NCBI GenBank assembly: GCA_907165135.1
Contig: OU015568.1
Coordinates: 6,758,001 to 6,822,000, forward strand
DNA from: Oikopleura dioica
Taxonomy: Eukaryota > Animalia > Chordata
Direction: 5' to 3'
DNA length: 64,000 bases
Part shown: piece after piece, positions 23,201-36,323 of the stretch
Layout: every line of letters starts with the position of its first letter
How positions within the stretch are numbered: position 1 is the stretch's first letter
Notes under the pieces: model-generated
Databases searched by the model: none
Seen by the model: the letters and a program-made list of their open reading frames with translations, nothing else
Told to the model about the DNA's origin: nothing
Made by a program: the position numbers and the translations under genes

Positions 23201-26200
23201 TCTCGAAGCGACCCTTCGTCTGAATGACCGGCTCTGGCTTGCTCAGCCCGGATTCGCTCTCATCGATTTTCTTCGCTAATGGCTCATTTTCTTGCAAAGG
23301 TTTTGTGATCTCTTTGGAAATGTTTGCTTTGATGGGATTTTTGAGTTTCAAGGATACCATTTCTTCGCGCAATATATCAATTTGATATAAAGGAATAGGC
23401 AAAAGTTGGTGATAAATTTTAACGATTTAATTAAGATGCGGTCTTGGTTAATCAAAAACAAGGTGCGGCTGGGGACGATTTTATCCTCGCAAACTTGGAT
23501 TTTTCTCTATTTTATTCTTTAGGTCGAAAATGAATATCCATCAATTCTAAAAGGTTGTGGATTAGAACAATTTAGTTCGTTCCCAAAATAGGCTCAATCC
23601 TCTTGATAAAATCCTCTTAATCCCTCCCGATTTGGTTTTCTTTATTTTCGCTCTTCTCGTCAATCGACGGCAAATCACTGGCCCTCTCCGCTACTTCTCT
23701 CTTTCGCGGTGTAATGTCGATATGCAACGATTTAGGTCTTTGATCACCCGCTAGATGGTTGTTCTCAACTTCGTTCGCTCTTGAAGCTGCGTACGACAGT
23801 CCAATACTCTCTTTCGATTTCCACTCGGCGATCTCGTCTTCCGTGCCCATCTTCTCAAGTGAGTCGCGAAGGATGCGGCTAAACTCCTCGAACACGTGCT
23901 CGCACTCGTGCTCAACGATGATCCCTTGCGTTTTTAGATTGTCCATTTGCTGGTGAATCAGATTCGCATTATACTTGATCTTGGCCGGAGGAACGTGTCT
24001 TTTTCAAAAGTCCGAAAAGTGCAATCAACAAAGAATAACTTCAAGTTTCAAAACTCTTTCCTGACGGAATCGACCTCGACTTCAATTTCCATGTTTCGTT
24101 TCTCATCATCGGCGCGATTGCAGCCATTCCACTTGATTGCGGGAACGTCTTTTACGCCCGCCTCATTTGTCAATTTGCCGCTCAAAAGTCGGTTGATGAT
24201 TTCCAAAAGCAACTTCTCGATGTTCTCACGCTTGTTGTCCGGAACGACTTTGTTGTTGATGATTTCGTTGGCTAACTGGGTGGCTGCTTCGTCCTCTTGG
24301 CGCTGTCGCTCGACCTAGATTTTGAATTGGAAATAGAATAGAATGCAGAAAGCCGTACTTTGAAAACGATAGTGGTTACGTCTCCAGAAGTGACCCTGAC
24401 AGTAACCTCCCAGCCAGTATTTTCGCCTGAGTTTTCCTCTTGTCCCTCAGGAAAGAGTGGCTTCACATCCATAACAGTCACCGCCAGGCGTTTATTCTTC
24501 GCCCTCCGCGCCTTTTCGGTTTTCCCATCAACCTGAACGAAAATAAAATAATTTCAGGCGACTTTGCCTTCTCCCACCTTTGCTGGTTTAACAATCTCGG
24601 GTTTCTTATCAGCTGTTTTTTGATCATTATCGTCTTGTGTTCCAGAGTCAGCAAGAGTCGCTGCTGGGGACTTCTTCGAGGAATCGTCTTGACTTTGATC
24701 GGAAGATTTTGGAGCTGAGGAATTTTCTTGAATTTCTCGCTCTTTTTTCTCCTTCTCTTCCAGGTCTTTTTTCTTTGTCTTTTCCACAGCGTCCATGATG
24801 GCTAAAGATCGGTAGTTTTAACGGCGAGAAGAATGATCTTTTACCTTTTGCGACTTGCGGTACAAATTCTGTTTTCAGCGTGGATTCGACTGACATTGAC
24901 TGGGCCACTTGATAGGCGGTATCTTGACCTATCGTGAAGTTAAAATCGATCGCCTCATCTTCTGGCATCGCCTTTTTCATATTTCCTTCATAAACAACAA
25001 GTCTCAGCTTCAACTCGCCGCCATTCCTGCCCACAACGAGGACGTTCAACTCCTTGTCGTCGAAAAACTCGTTGTCCAAGAGCGCCGCAACGGTGGCTCT
25101 GTTCGACGGCTCGAATTCAATGCATTGCGAGATGATGTGCTTGATGCGCTCGTCTTCAACTTTCTCAAACGCTTTGGGCGGGGTGCCTTTTACAACCAGT
25201 CTGTAGATTTGAGTGGGATTAGCGCACTCTTCATATGGGTACTCGTTCGTCACCATTTCTAGCAAACACATGCCAAATGCGTACACATCTGCGGGTTCAG
25301 AGTAGTTCTCATCGTACCTGAATCAGAGTTCAACTAACACCCAGTCTTTCATTCACGCTTACATTTCGGGGGCCATGAATTCAGGAGTACCGATGACTGA
25401 TTTTGCGACTTCCTGGCGCTTGAATGTTGCCAGTCCCAGATCGCCGATTTTTACGACTCCGCTTGTGCCAGTAACGAAGATATTGTCACACTAACAAAAT
25501 TAACGCATACTCTAAGCGCACATATAAATTCATTCTCTGATATATTTTCATATATAAAGGTACCTTTAGATCTCGATGGAGGACAACTGGATTTCTCGAG
25601 TGTAAATATTTCAGACCCTGGAGAATCTGTCGGCTCCAACTTTTCAAAGGGCGCGATCTGATGACTTTGAACCGTTTCAGATAAGTCTTGAGTGTTCCAG
25701 ACGTCATAAGTTCTGTAACAAGCACGACAGACCGAAGTCCAGTTGTCTTGTTCGCCATTTCGAATGTGTCGTAAAATTGAACAATGTTGGTGTGTTTGAG
25801 CTTCTTGAGAATCTCAGCCTCAGCTCGGAATCGCTCGCGATCTTCCTTGGTGATCTTATGTGGCTGAAGCTCAAGCCAGGCAACGGCAGCGCCACTGTTC
25901 GTGTCTTGACCTTTGTAGACTGTTTTGAAGCTGCCCCGGCCGACTTCTTTTTTGAATCGGATGAAGCGTCCATCAGGCGAGCGGTCGACTTCTGACTCCT
26001 CTTCTTCGATCGGGAGAGATCGCTCTTTTTCGCCTTCCTCGGCAACTTGAGCCACTGGAAGGGGCTTTTCTTCATCAGCAGCGGCTTGAACGGGCATCGC
26101 TACTGAGGCTTCGGCTTCTGTTTCGGATGGTGCTGATACCCTGGAACAAAATTAAAGGAGAACTAGGCAGGTAGAACTTACATGTCTTTGTCTTGTGAAG

Positions 26201-26434
26201 GTTCTCTCGTGGGAGGCTGCTGTGGAGCCATTTTCTCAGGAGGAAGAGGTCCTTGCGAGATCCCTTTTAGAAAGAGTCAAGATCATGAGGAAATCAACGA
26301 GGAATACAACATCTAAAATTGCGCAAGACATAAATGAATGGCGTGCCGAGTCGGAATAGAATGAACTCAATTAAAATTAAAATTGGATTAAACGAAAACG
26401 ACAACTACTAGGTAGCTTTACCGATGTTGCCCAT
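20294..26434 (-). CDS. WNK: WNK (with-no-lysine) Ser/Thr kinase
   Basis: [13 protein letters not shown]...VAWLELQ (WNK signature); HRDLK|CDNIF; KIGDLGLAT; [10 protein letters not shown]|MY; PF2/CCT-like domain ([20 protein letters not shown]); RFxI motif (GRFEI); poly-Q region. Both termini are approximate. Confidence 0.93.
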
Positions 26435-26693
26435 TTCTTTCATTTGGAAATCGAATCTATGGGATTTGTTCAGATTCGGGTTCGGAAAGTCTTAGACAGG
26501 AAAGTAAAAATAATCACAACAATTATAAAGACAACAATGCACAACTCATGCGTACCGTTGGAAAATCAGAGGACATGGGCATCGAAATGACATAGAAAAA
26601 AACCTCACATTTCCAATTCACATCAAGCAAAATATTTTTGTAACGAAAGAGTTCTGAAAGAAATTAAATAAGAAAAGGGAGGTGTTAAAATTG

Positions 26694-27350
26694 TTAAGGC
26701 TTCCATTCTTCAGTTTCAGCTGTTGGATCGACATATTGCTCAGATTTATAATTTTCTTGTTTTCCATACTTTTCTTCGAGTACTTTTTCTTGTTCTTTCT
26801 GAACAAAATCGATGAGAACACCGTAAAAACGATTTATTAACAAGCCGACTAGAATTTAATGTCTTCGAATGAAGCTGACAAATATTGGCCAAGAAATCTG
26901 TTCATAGTATTCATATTACCTCCTCTTTCCACTGTTGATGTTTCAGATCTTTATCGTGAGCTCTTTGAAGCGTGCGCATTCTGACATGCTCATTCATCAA
27001 GATTTCATGTTCTTTCGGAGGATCTGCTCGCGCGTGGCTAAACTGAAGTACAAACAAGTTGGAATACAACTCTTTCTCGTAATTTCAAGCGATAGAGGCT
27101 CTTACCGTAGCCAATGCTGCCATTCGGTCGGGGTCTTGTTTTGATATTGGCCCTTCATGAAGGCATCGATTTTCTCTGGCGGTGAGTCGTGCGTCAACCC
27201 GTGCGAGCTGATGCGCTTCATGCGACGCGCGGCGGGCACCTCAAAGTACACGTTCCCGTAGTGGTCTTGGCCGACGACGTATTTGGCGTCGGGGAGGAAC
27301 TCTTTCCGAAACATTTTCCGAAAGAACGAAACTTGTCGCGAAACAAACAT
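26694..27350 (-). CDS. NDUFAF2: Complex I assembly factor NDUFAF2 (mimitin; NDUFA12 family)
   Basis: VVGQDHYGNVYFE...TPTEWQHWLR|HARADPPKEHEILMNE...; C-terminus TEEWKP*. Three exons. Confidence 0.75.
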
Positions 27351-27675
27351 TGTCTAAAAATGATCGTAAATGAGGGTTGAAAAATGTATTGAAAAATTGA
27401 AGATGCTTTTTTGACAGAAATTGGTGATTTGAATAGGTAAACAATCGGACAAAAACAAGACAACATGCAGAAAAAAATGATTACAGCTCAAGTTTTGAGA
27501 CTCAGGATTCCAGAAAAGGGAAAGAAACAAAAATTTGACGAAAATTGAAGAGTTAGTGTTTAAAAAAGACCAAAAAAAACGGGCGTATTCGGAGAAAAAC
27601 AAGAACTAGGGACAAATGATCAGGTAAAATGAGGATAGAAAATGACGAGTTGAAGAAAAAAATGGCAGCTGACAG

Positions 27676-28853
27676 CAGGGATCCCAGATTTTTTCGTTTT
27701 GACGCGCGCCCCGTCTGACGCGAGCGCAAAGGATTAGCGGCCGCGCGAAAATGATTTGCGCCTGCGCGCGCCCAGCCGATTTTGAAAAGTCGCCGCGTTA
27801 TCATAGGGCGATGAATTGAGTGCGGCGCCCCGATTTCACGCTGAAACGGGCGAGCGGCGTGCGAGCGCTCGATGCAGTCAGGGCGCCGAGCTCAAACAAA
27901 ACTCGTGCGCTAAATTTAGATTGTTCAATTGAAGATATAACTAGGATTAATAAAGTACTGATCTCCCCATATAAAAACGCCCAAAACATGATTTCATACT
28001 CATTTCGAAAATGTAAAAATGGCTGAAAACTCGGAAAGGTGTACTCCACTGCACATAAGAACTTTTCAGCTTAATTACTTCCAAACAAATTGAAAATTAA
28101 AATTGTTGTTCCTTCCAGAGCTGGAAAAAAGTATACTTCCCCTTCAAAAATCTTCAGGGCGCCCTTCATTCTTGAAGGGCGGTGAAGTACGAAATGGCTC
28201 TGAAGTATACTTCACGCGCTGAAGTATACTTCAGCTATCGGTTCTTATCGAAAACTTTAGCCGCCACTTCATCTGCCACAATCAGCGTGATTTAAATCGT
28301 GGCGTCTGAGAGCCAATAAGCGCAAAATTTGAAAAAATTCTAGCGGATGGATTCTGATGGCCGACAGAACCAAGTTGAAGTAGAGTGAAGGGCGGAAAGG
28401 CGGTTGAAGTAGAGGGAAGGGCGGAAGTACACTTCACGCCCTTCAACGCCCTGAAGTATACTTCATGAAGTATACTTCATTCTGAAGGGCGAGTGAAGTA
28501 TACTTTTTTACCAACGCTGGTTCCTTCACTAATTTGGAGCATATGTACCATACCAAAGCTACATTCGGATCTTGAATATCTCATCTAGTTTTCAAGAGAT
28601 AACTTTTTGAATGAGCGCATATTTGGGCGCAGTCCCGGGCGAGCGTCTCAAACTCATCGGACGCGCGTCTCGATCGAGCGAGGCGACAATTTTTCATCGT
28701 CTGCTTGCGCCGCGGCGCTCTCAATTCATCGCCCGCTATCGGTGGTCATTCATGGGGACGCGGCATTTTTTTCGCGCGCGCTAGGATTTTTTGCGGCCAC
28801 TGCGTGAATCAGAAAGTGGGCGCGCGCCAAAACGAAAGAATCTGGGATCCCTG
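27676..28853. mobile_element. Non-autonomous hAT-like DNA transposon
   Basis: 36-bp TIRs (CAGGGATCCCAGATT...GCGCGCCC, 2 mismatches) plus longer imperfect subterminal inversion. Perfect 8-bp TSD GCTGACAG at 27668-27675 and 28854-28861. Confidence 0.9.
28116..28519. mobile_element. hAT-like MITE nested inside the previous element
   Basis: TIRs CAGAGCTGGAAAAAAGTATACTTC and (reverse complement) CAGCGTTGGTAAAAAAGTATACTTC. 8-bp TSD GTTCCTTC at 28108-28115 and 28520-28527. Internal GAAGTATACTTC palindromic repeats. Confidence 0.87.
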
Positions 28854-28941
28854 GCTGACAGTAGTGAGAGAGACAGTACAGTGTAGTTGAGTCGAAAAGT
28901 GCGTTTGCGAAAAAGAAAGAAGGGGCGATCACTGAACGCAT

Positions 28942-30434
28942 TCACATGTACATTCCATTAATGAGATAGTCCGAGTCCTCCTTTGGCAGTTGCTTGTATT
29001 GGCTCTTGGAGCAAAGTCCCTGAATCAAAAGTTCAGAAGTTGAACTCTCGGTTAACTAGGTCTTACCGCTTTATGACGGGCTTGTCGGTATCTGATGTAA
29101 ACCGCAATCAAAGCCAGCAGAAGCAGCAGCAAGCCGAGACAGAGTGGCAGGATAATCTAAAGAAAACATCGTCAACCCATTGTTTCCTCGAAAAGAAAAT
29201 GAACCTGGATGCCAGTCTTTTTCTTTTCTTCTTCGATCTTCGTTTGCGCTGATTCTTCGAATGACTCGCCGACGTCTTTGAGCACGTGCAACTCTTGCGC
29301 TGAAAAATGAACTCATTAGTTTTCTGCGTTGATTGGTATATTTTACCTTGATCTTGAGGAATAGTGTCGGTAGCTGGGCAGTTCAGCTCGTCGCTTTTGT
29401 CTGGACAGTCTTCGGTTCCATCGCACACGTGCCAAGCGGGAATGCAATTAACTATAAATGAGAAATATTATAATCAAACTCGGCAGATAAAAAAACGCTT
29501 TCGATAGCGTCTTCTACAGGCTGAGTTCGGCAACCTGTGTAGAAATCCTGAGTAGGTGTCTGAACGACACTTGGATGAAAAGCCGCGTAGCGGCTTTTAT
29601 AGAGACGAAGCCGCCAAGCGGCTTCGCAAAATTATCATTCCGTCTATTAATAAAATTCTGGCGAAGCCGCTTTGCGGCTTCGTTTTGAAAAAAAGCCGCT
29701 ACGCGGCTTTTCATTCAAGCTCTTCGGAACCTAACTCAGGTTTTCTACAAAGGTAGTCCAGGCTAAAGCGCCCTGACTCAGATTTTTGAACCCATTCGAA
29801 ACTGTCGATTCGTACCTTTGTTGTCACATTGCCAAGCCAGTCTTGAGCATCCACCTTCGTCATCAACATCAGCGACGATGTCCTTATGAACGCTCTTTGT
29901 GGAACTATTGACGATTTGCTCGGCCGAATGCTGGAGTCCCCAGCGCGCATATGCGTTCAAAATCGCAGGAGTCTTGACCAGAGTGTTGAAGGAAGTGTGC
30001 TGCTCGAAGGTGCAGACGAAATCTTCGGCGTCGTTGTTCAAACAGTCGAAGAGAAAGCACTGCCCGAACTTGGTGTAAACAGCGACGTTGCAAGCTACCA
30101 AAGGGTTTTCATAGAAGTTCTCTTTTGAAATAAATAAATTACCTTTATTCCCGCAGCATCGCGAGTCGCAATCATCCCTGGAGCTGCTCTCTACGGTCTT
30201 CAAAAAGGTGGCTCCTTCTTTGATTGATTCTGCAGCTCGGATGATTAGCTTACAAACGATATTCGCATATATCATCACATCTCAATTGAAATCTATCTAT
30301 TTTCATTCTTCAAAATATCGCCTTTCCTTGGGCCATTCTTGGAGACACATCGAATCTTCATCCCCACCGCGAGTTTCCAGATCGGCGAACTGACAGAGAA
30401 CTAACGAGGACAACAACGCCAAGATGCAGCGCAT
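28942..30434 (-). CDS. LRP11: LRP11-like protein (signal peptide, MANSC domain, LDLa repeat, TM)
   Basis: MRCILALLSSLVLC signal; IIRAAESIKEGATFL...CDSRCC...CNVAV...CFLFDC (MANSC); CIPAWHVCDGTEDCPDKSDELNC (LDLa); TM IILPLCLGLLLLLLALIAVYI; C-terminus EDSDYLINGMYM*, matching the LRP11 tail SDYLINGMYL. Confidence 0.85.
29519..29768. mobile_element. Multi-hairpin MITE family A, copy in an LRP11 intron
   Basis: Inverted arms with CCTGAGT/ACTCAGG and four AAGCCGC-N3-GCGGCTT mini-hairpins. Confidence 0.8.
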
Positions 30435-31709
30435 TTTCGATCTAAAAATTGAATATTTGAATTACTGAAAACTGAGCGTAATCATAAAATACAATACAAT
30501 TATTAGTCCTGGTCTGGTCAACGAGAATATTTGGATATCTAAGGAGTTCATTTTATTCAGAAATTTCATAAAAATTGATCGGTTTAAATATTTTCAGAAG
30601 GGACGTAACAGGCGTCAAAGATAAGAGTTCAATTGAAAAGATTAGGAAATATTCAAGGGATGGACTTTATCTCTAAAGTACTGTTTTACGCTTCATTTTA
30701 ATTTTAAAATTTGGAAAGTGATTAACCCCGGAACGCATGGCCATTTTTGCCAATTTCTGACCATTTTTTAACCCAATATTGCCGCGATTTGGGCATAAAG
30801 AGAATAAAAATCCGGGTTTATATATTATAACCGGACTCTAAGCTACAAAAATATAACTTGAGCGTGGTCATATTATATGCGTATATCAAATATAATATGG
30901 GTTTTTTGATGAGCAAAATCGTATTACCCAAAAATGGGTCGTTCCGGCGTTAATTCAAAGCAGTCAGTTCTTCTCCAGATGATTGGATCTGAATTCTAAT
31001 TTCGAAGCTGTTAATTATGCAGTTGTTTCATTTTATTAATAATTAAAATCACAATTTTTAGGTTCAAAGTTTGAACTTCAAACATTCGATTTCAGAAGAA
31101 GGGATCTGTACATAGGACTTTCGTTTCATTTTATAGTGAGTGAGCTAATCATTTAAGTCATTATTTAATTCCAATTTTTATCATTCTTCATTCGTCATTT
31201 TCTTCGAAAATTCTTATTTTGCCCTTTTCGGTTTATTTTTTCTTATTTTTCTTGATTTTTCTCTCAATTTTCTTCACTTTCCAGCATGCTCTCTAACAAA
31301 TCATTCTGGTGCTTCGAAAAAAGGGTTTCATATCTTTCTTATTTGCTTGCTGAAATCGTCACTTTCATATTGAGTTCTGCTCGTTTTGGGCGTTTGGGAT
31401 TGGCCGAAGCGCGCGCCCTACTCGATAAAGAATGAGAAAAAAGCCAATTACTACGACGCCGCTCAATTATCGATCCGAGAAAGTGGATTTTACAAAAACA
31501 CACGTAAAATACAACAATCATTACATCCAGCTTTACTGAATCGCACAACGCATTATCCAATTTTTTCCCTTTTTAGAGTACTTTTTATCCGTCTCTTTTG
31601 AATTTTCGTACGAAAAAATCGGTATTTGCATAAAAATGCGTGTAATTCGCGCTTAAAAGCGACATTTCTGAAGATTTCTTTGTTGAAAACTTGATATTAT
31701 CTGATATTG

Positions 31710-31892
31710 ACAGTCAAATGGCGATTTTCTTGTTTTTTTTCGTCCTGAAAAAGGTCCAAATTATCAATTTTATCGCTACTTTTGGCATATTTTCCGAAGA
31801 TTTTCCCAAAAATCTGCCTTAATTAGCGATTAAATTGATTTCTGGACCTTTTTCAGATGAGAAAGATCAAGAAAATTGCCATTTGCACCTGT
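31710..31892. repeat. AT-rich imperfect palindrome (MITE-like) between LRP11 and LIN7
   Basis: CAAATGGCGATTTTCTTG...CTGAAAAAGGTCCA...TCAATTTTATCGCTA mirrored by TAGCGATTAAATTGA...TGGACCTTTTTCAG...CAAGAAAATTGCCATTTG. Confidence 0.7.
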
Positions 31893-32271
31893 TAATGGCT
31901 CCCTAAATGTCCATTTTGCATGAAAACCGTTTTTTCTAGCAAAATTTTTTTCTCTTCATTCTCGTTTTCCGAATCCCGAAATCCTCGCCCAAAATCACTT
32001 CGTAACGAGCTCTCTTAAAAAATCCCCTTCTCGTTACAATTCTAAAATTTTGACGAGGAAAATTTGTCGCTTCGTGTTGTGTTTAGTGTCTCAATCTCTC
32101 CAGGAGAACAAAGAAGAAAGACATCAGTGTTTATTTCATCTTTGATAAGTTCACTTCCCACTACTCAGATTATTCAGTTCTCAAAATCAATTTGAAGACA
32201 GTTGGGATGAGAAATGATCTTTTATCGACCCTGAATTTGATGTGGAAATTTAGACTGTAGTGATTTTTAGA

Positions 32272-33112
32272 ATGCCAGATCTTCAGCTAGAAAAAGATCT
32301 CAATCGAGCGGTGGATCTTCTCAAAGTCCTACAGAGGTATGGATAGAGTGTCTTTTCCATATAAACCCCTTTTCTAGCAATCCTGGGCTCCCCTGCGACA
32401 AACTAAAAGCGCTGCAAGAAGTTCTCGAATCCGACTTTCTCAAAGCGATCGCAAATGTTTACCAGTCAATTCACGATACTGTCGATATTCCCCATGAAAA
32501 TGAGGAAGCTGCTGCCATCGCAACCGCCAAAGGTAGAGTTTCGACGCATTCTAGAGCTCTTTCAACATTTTTGTAGCGACTGTAGCTGCTTTTGCCGCGG
32601 CGGAAGGGCACAGCCATCCGAGAGTTATTGAATTGCCGAATACTGGAGAAGGACTTGGATTCAATGTCATGGGAGGGAAGGAGCAGAATTGCCCAGGTAC
32701 CGATAGAAGAATGACTTTCTACTGTAGCTACTGATGAAAACGTACCCTCTCATCAAGTTTCTGATTGGTGAAAAGGGGCTTCCTTCTCATCATCCAATCA
32801 GAGCCTCGATGGCAAGAATCATTATCAAACGAACCGTCAGTAGAGCAAATAGTTCAATTCTTGCATTCAGTTTACGTGAGCCGTATCATACCAGAAGGCG
32901 TTGCCGCTCGACATGGAGGCCTGAAACGCGGAGATCAGCTTCTTTGGGTGAATGGAACTCCCGTGGATGGCGAATCACATGACCGCGTCGTCGAGCTGTT
33001 AAAAGCAGCGAAAGGGCCCGTGAAACTGGTGGTACTGTACGCACCGCAAGTCCTGGAAAACATGGAAAGGCGCTTTGAAGAGCTCAGACTTTCGAGGAAA
33101 AACCAACGATGA
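32272..33112 (+). CDS. LIN7: LIN-7/Veli/MALS (L27 + PDZ)
   Basis: [21 protein letters not shown]...[15 protein letters not shown]|[25 protein letters not shown]...[15 protein letters not shown]. Four exons. Confidence 0.95.
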
Positions 33113-33552
33113 AAAAACAGAACAACCATGACCTTCTATTCTTCTCGTCTCTTCTTACTATTTTATTAATAATTATTATATTATTCTATATCGGTATGTT
33201 TTTTTTTATATTTTGTTAACCACCAACTCCTGCCATCCATCGGGTCGTTTTTTCCTTTTATTATTTTTTTCCTACTGTTCTTTCGGACTTTCAATTTTCT
33301 TCTTTTACCCATTTTCAAGCCAGTACAATTTAACTCCCTCTATTTTACTTCTAACCCCTTTATTTTTCGTTTGTTTTCGTATGTTCAAGAAAGTTTTAAC
33401 TCAATCGAGTTTGAAATTTATAGAGCACTTGCACTTTTTTCCGCATGTTCAAGACTTTCAATTCGATTATTCAAAGCGTATAATAAAATATGTGAAGCTG
33501 TACGGGCGTTGTCGATTGAGATTACTGTAAATAGAACGATTGTTGTTTTCAG

Positions 33553-35631
33553 ATGGTTGTGAAGGATATTGGATATAAGAGGCTCCTGGGAGTTTGTGAT
33601 GAGGTGGTAGGATTGGTGGCTTTGGGGCTGAGGAAGAATGAATGGACTAGGGGTAGTCAATCATTGGAAGGTTTGGTGGGCATTACCAGGCCCGTTGATC
33701 TTTAGTGGATCTACCTCCTTTCAATTATTTTTTGCGTACCCTTGTAAAGGAGCACTGTGGACGAACTTGTCAACTTGATCGGAGAAATGCCAAAGACGAA
33801 AAATTACCACATGGTGGAAAACAGCGCGGACCACTTCAACATAATCCGGCGCTGCCAGAAAATTGTGCGTGAGACAAAAGCTGCCAAAAAGCTTTCCGAT
33901 ACGGATCAGAATTCGTTGGCAAACGCGCTGATGGGTTGTGGAAGGCCAGCGGAGACGAAAAAGGTTAATCAGATGGATTTGACTGAAATCAAGGAAGAGG
34001 TCTTGGAATCCGTCAGAGGGCTCAGAGATGATATTGAATCGCACATTGGTAAGTTGCATTCTAGACTGGGTTTGAGTTCGGAAAACTGTGTAGAAAACTG
34101 AGTCAGGTTTCTGAAACCGCTCTTATAGGCTACGCGGCAAGCTCAGCCTAGAGCTCTTTGAAAACCCTGACTCAGGTTTCTACACAGGTTGCCGAACCAA
34201 GGTAGAATTTGAATCCTAGAAATTCCTCGACAGCTTCATTTTCGGGCTGATTTGGTTAGGAGCACTTTTGAACTAATTACGTGCCCCTCTCTCTCTTTTC
34301 CCCTCAAAGCAGAAAATTGATCGAACCGTTTTTCATTCAGAGAGAATCGCCGAGCACTCTGCTGATTACCTGAAGCCCCACGACCGAATTCTCATCTGGG
34401 GATTCTCAGCGCTCGTCGCAAATTTCATCGAAAAAGCCGTCGCCTCCAAGTCGAGAAAAACGCCCATCACCCTCCTCGTTTCCGGCAGTTCCAACGATGC
34501 GATGGATTATCAACGAATTTTGCGAAAACAAGTCGAAAGTAAAATGCTTCAAATTGTCGTAATTGGCGATGGAGCTGCGTTTACTGTCATGCCTATTGTG
34601 CAAAAGGTTCACTTTGCGACTCAAGCCTGTGTTTTTTATGTAATTAGGTTCTCATCCCGGCTTCATCGCTTCTGCCCGACGGATCAATGCGAACTCCAGC
34701 TGGGATAAGAGCGCTCTGTCTGGCCGCCCGAGTTCATGCTGTTCCAGGCAGGGTCAGACCTTTTCCAAAGAGAATGATGCTTTCAATGCATATTTTCGTC
34801 ATACACTTTTCAAAAGTTAGATAAGGTATTAAATTTTTTATTAAAGACTCTTGTTTGAAAATATTATTTCTTTCATATTGAATTTGATCAATGAAATCAA
34901 ATTTCCTTCCACCAAATTGTGGAATTTCGCGCCGCAGAAAAATTCTAGTTGGATTATTCATCAGCGCTCTTTTTTCATCCCCGAGGCGTTCTGACCTGTG
35001 CCAGTTTTGGCTCTCTGCCCGCTGCATAAAATATCAGCCGACTATCCCGAAGACGAGTGCGAATTAGTTCAACCAGATCACCCTAGAGAAATTAAACCAG
35101 CTTGGGACTTGGTCAAATCTAACGTAAGTCTGAAATCAAAATATCAAAAAACAAGCAGGTGGTAGGCGATGCGTAGATAATTGTACGCTCATTCCTAATT
35201 TCTTAAAAATCCTCTCACTCCTAGATAATCGATATTTAGCGGCAAAATTTAATCAAAAAACTTGCATCACCTTCATGAATAATTTAATGAAGAGAAATGT
35301 TTGCAAAGGGCAAATCATTTGGCAAATACTCTCATTCAGTTAGTATACCGTGCCATTCAAGCGTCAGTCGTTGATTCTAGTGCGCAGTGAATAGCGATTT
35401 ACAGTCAGATTATTTTTTGTAAAGAGAAAAAAGAAGGTAGAATTTCAATTATTATCTCTGAAATCAAGGAAGAGAGGATTATACACAAAACACCGAAATT
35501 GCGAGCCATCCCCTTATCATATTTTTCCCTAGCTGGTATCAGTCGTTATCACCTCGGAAGGCGGCCTCCCACCGAACGACACCTACCGTCTCCACAATCA
35601 GCTCTACCACCCGGGCGACTCATTGCAATAG
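33553..35631 (+). CDS. EIF2B2: Translation initiation factor eIF2B beta subunit (divergent)
   Basis: RIAEHSADYLKPHDRILIWGFS; IGDGAAFTVMPIVQK|VLIPASSLLPDGSMRTPAGIRALCLAARVHAVP; PAWDLV; last exon VITSEGGLPPNDTYRLHNQLYHPGD, matching the eIF2B-beta C-terminus. Start is uncertain. Confidence 0.8.
34068..34198. mobile_element. MITE family A, short copy in an EIF2B2 intron
   Basis: TTCGGAAAACTGTGTAGAAAACTGAGTCAGG...CCCTGACTCAGGTTTCTACACAGGTTGCCGAACC. Confidence 0.75.
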
Positions 35632-36323
35632 CATAAAAACTAATTAAGTTATGAATAAAAGACTCCCAGAATTGCCAGTATCAATATTCAATTGTTCCTG
35701 AATAGCTGCAGCAGCTCATCCCTTTTCAAAAACCTTTGTTTTTCAAGCCAGCTTATCCTAAGTAAAGATCCCCTTTTTTCCACTTCAGTGATCATCATCC
35801 TTGGCAAAATTAGAGAAAATTGATACACGACCTTTCAAAAAATATTTAAATTCTCAAATCTCGATAACTTATCATCGGCGCTAAAAGAACACCGACAAGG
35901 GATTGATTAATACTTGCGGAAAAGAGCACCCTTTGAGTGAAATTTATGACCCTTCAGTTTACCGAAAGATTAATGAGTAAATGATGGGGACTTCCCAGTT
36001 TTACTACGCTCGCCAAAAATAAACGTCAAAATTTTTTTGCGCGATGCATGTTTGCCCCGGCTACGTGAAAATAGAGAGAGGTCCGGGACAAATGTTTGAG
36101 CTCTTTCTTTTTTGCTCGACTGAAATTTGAATACGAGCATGTTTGGCCAAGCGCTCGTATCTCTTTTGTTTCAGACTCTACTCGCGCCCTTTTTTCCTTT
36201 CACTTTTTTCTGTTTCTTATTTGTCACCCTTTTTCACCCGGTTTTTCTTTTATAACCAGAGAATCGATTTATTCAGAAGGCCCTATTTGAGTACGAATCG
36301 TATGAGACAGTGATTGAGAGAAA

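Noticed and set aside
28140-28500. Regularly recurring GAAGTATACTTC repeats, superficially CRISPR-like
   Set aside because: Irregular spacing, no unique spacers, eukaryotic context; they are subterminal repeats of a hAT MITE.
33757-34101. ORF whose 3' end runs into a MITE (possible exonisation)
   Set aside because: A GTAAG donor at ~34049 ends the EIF2B2 exon before the MITE, which is intronic.
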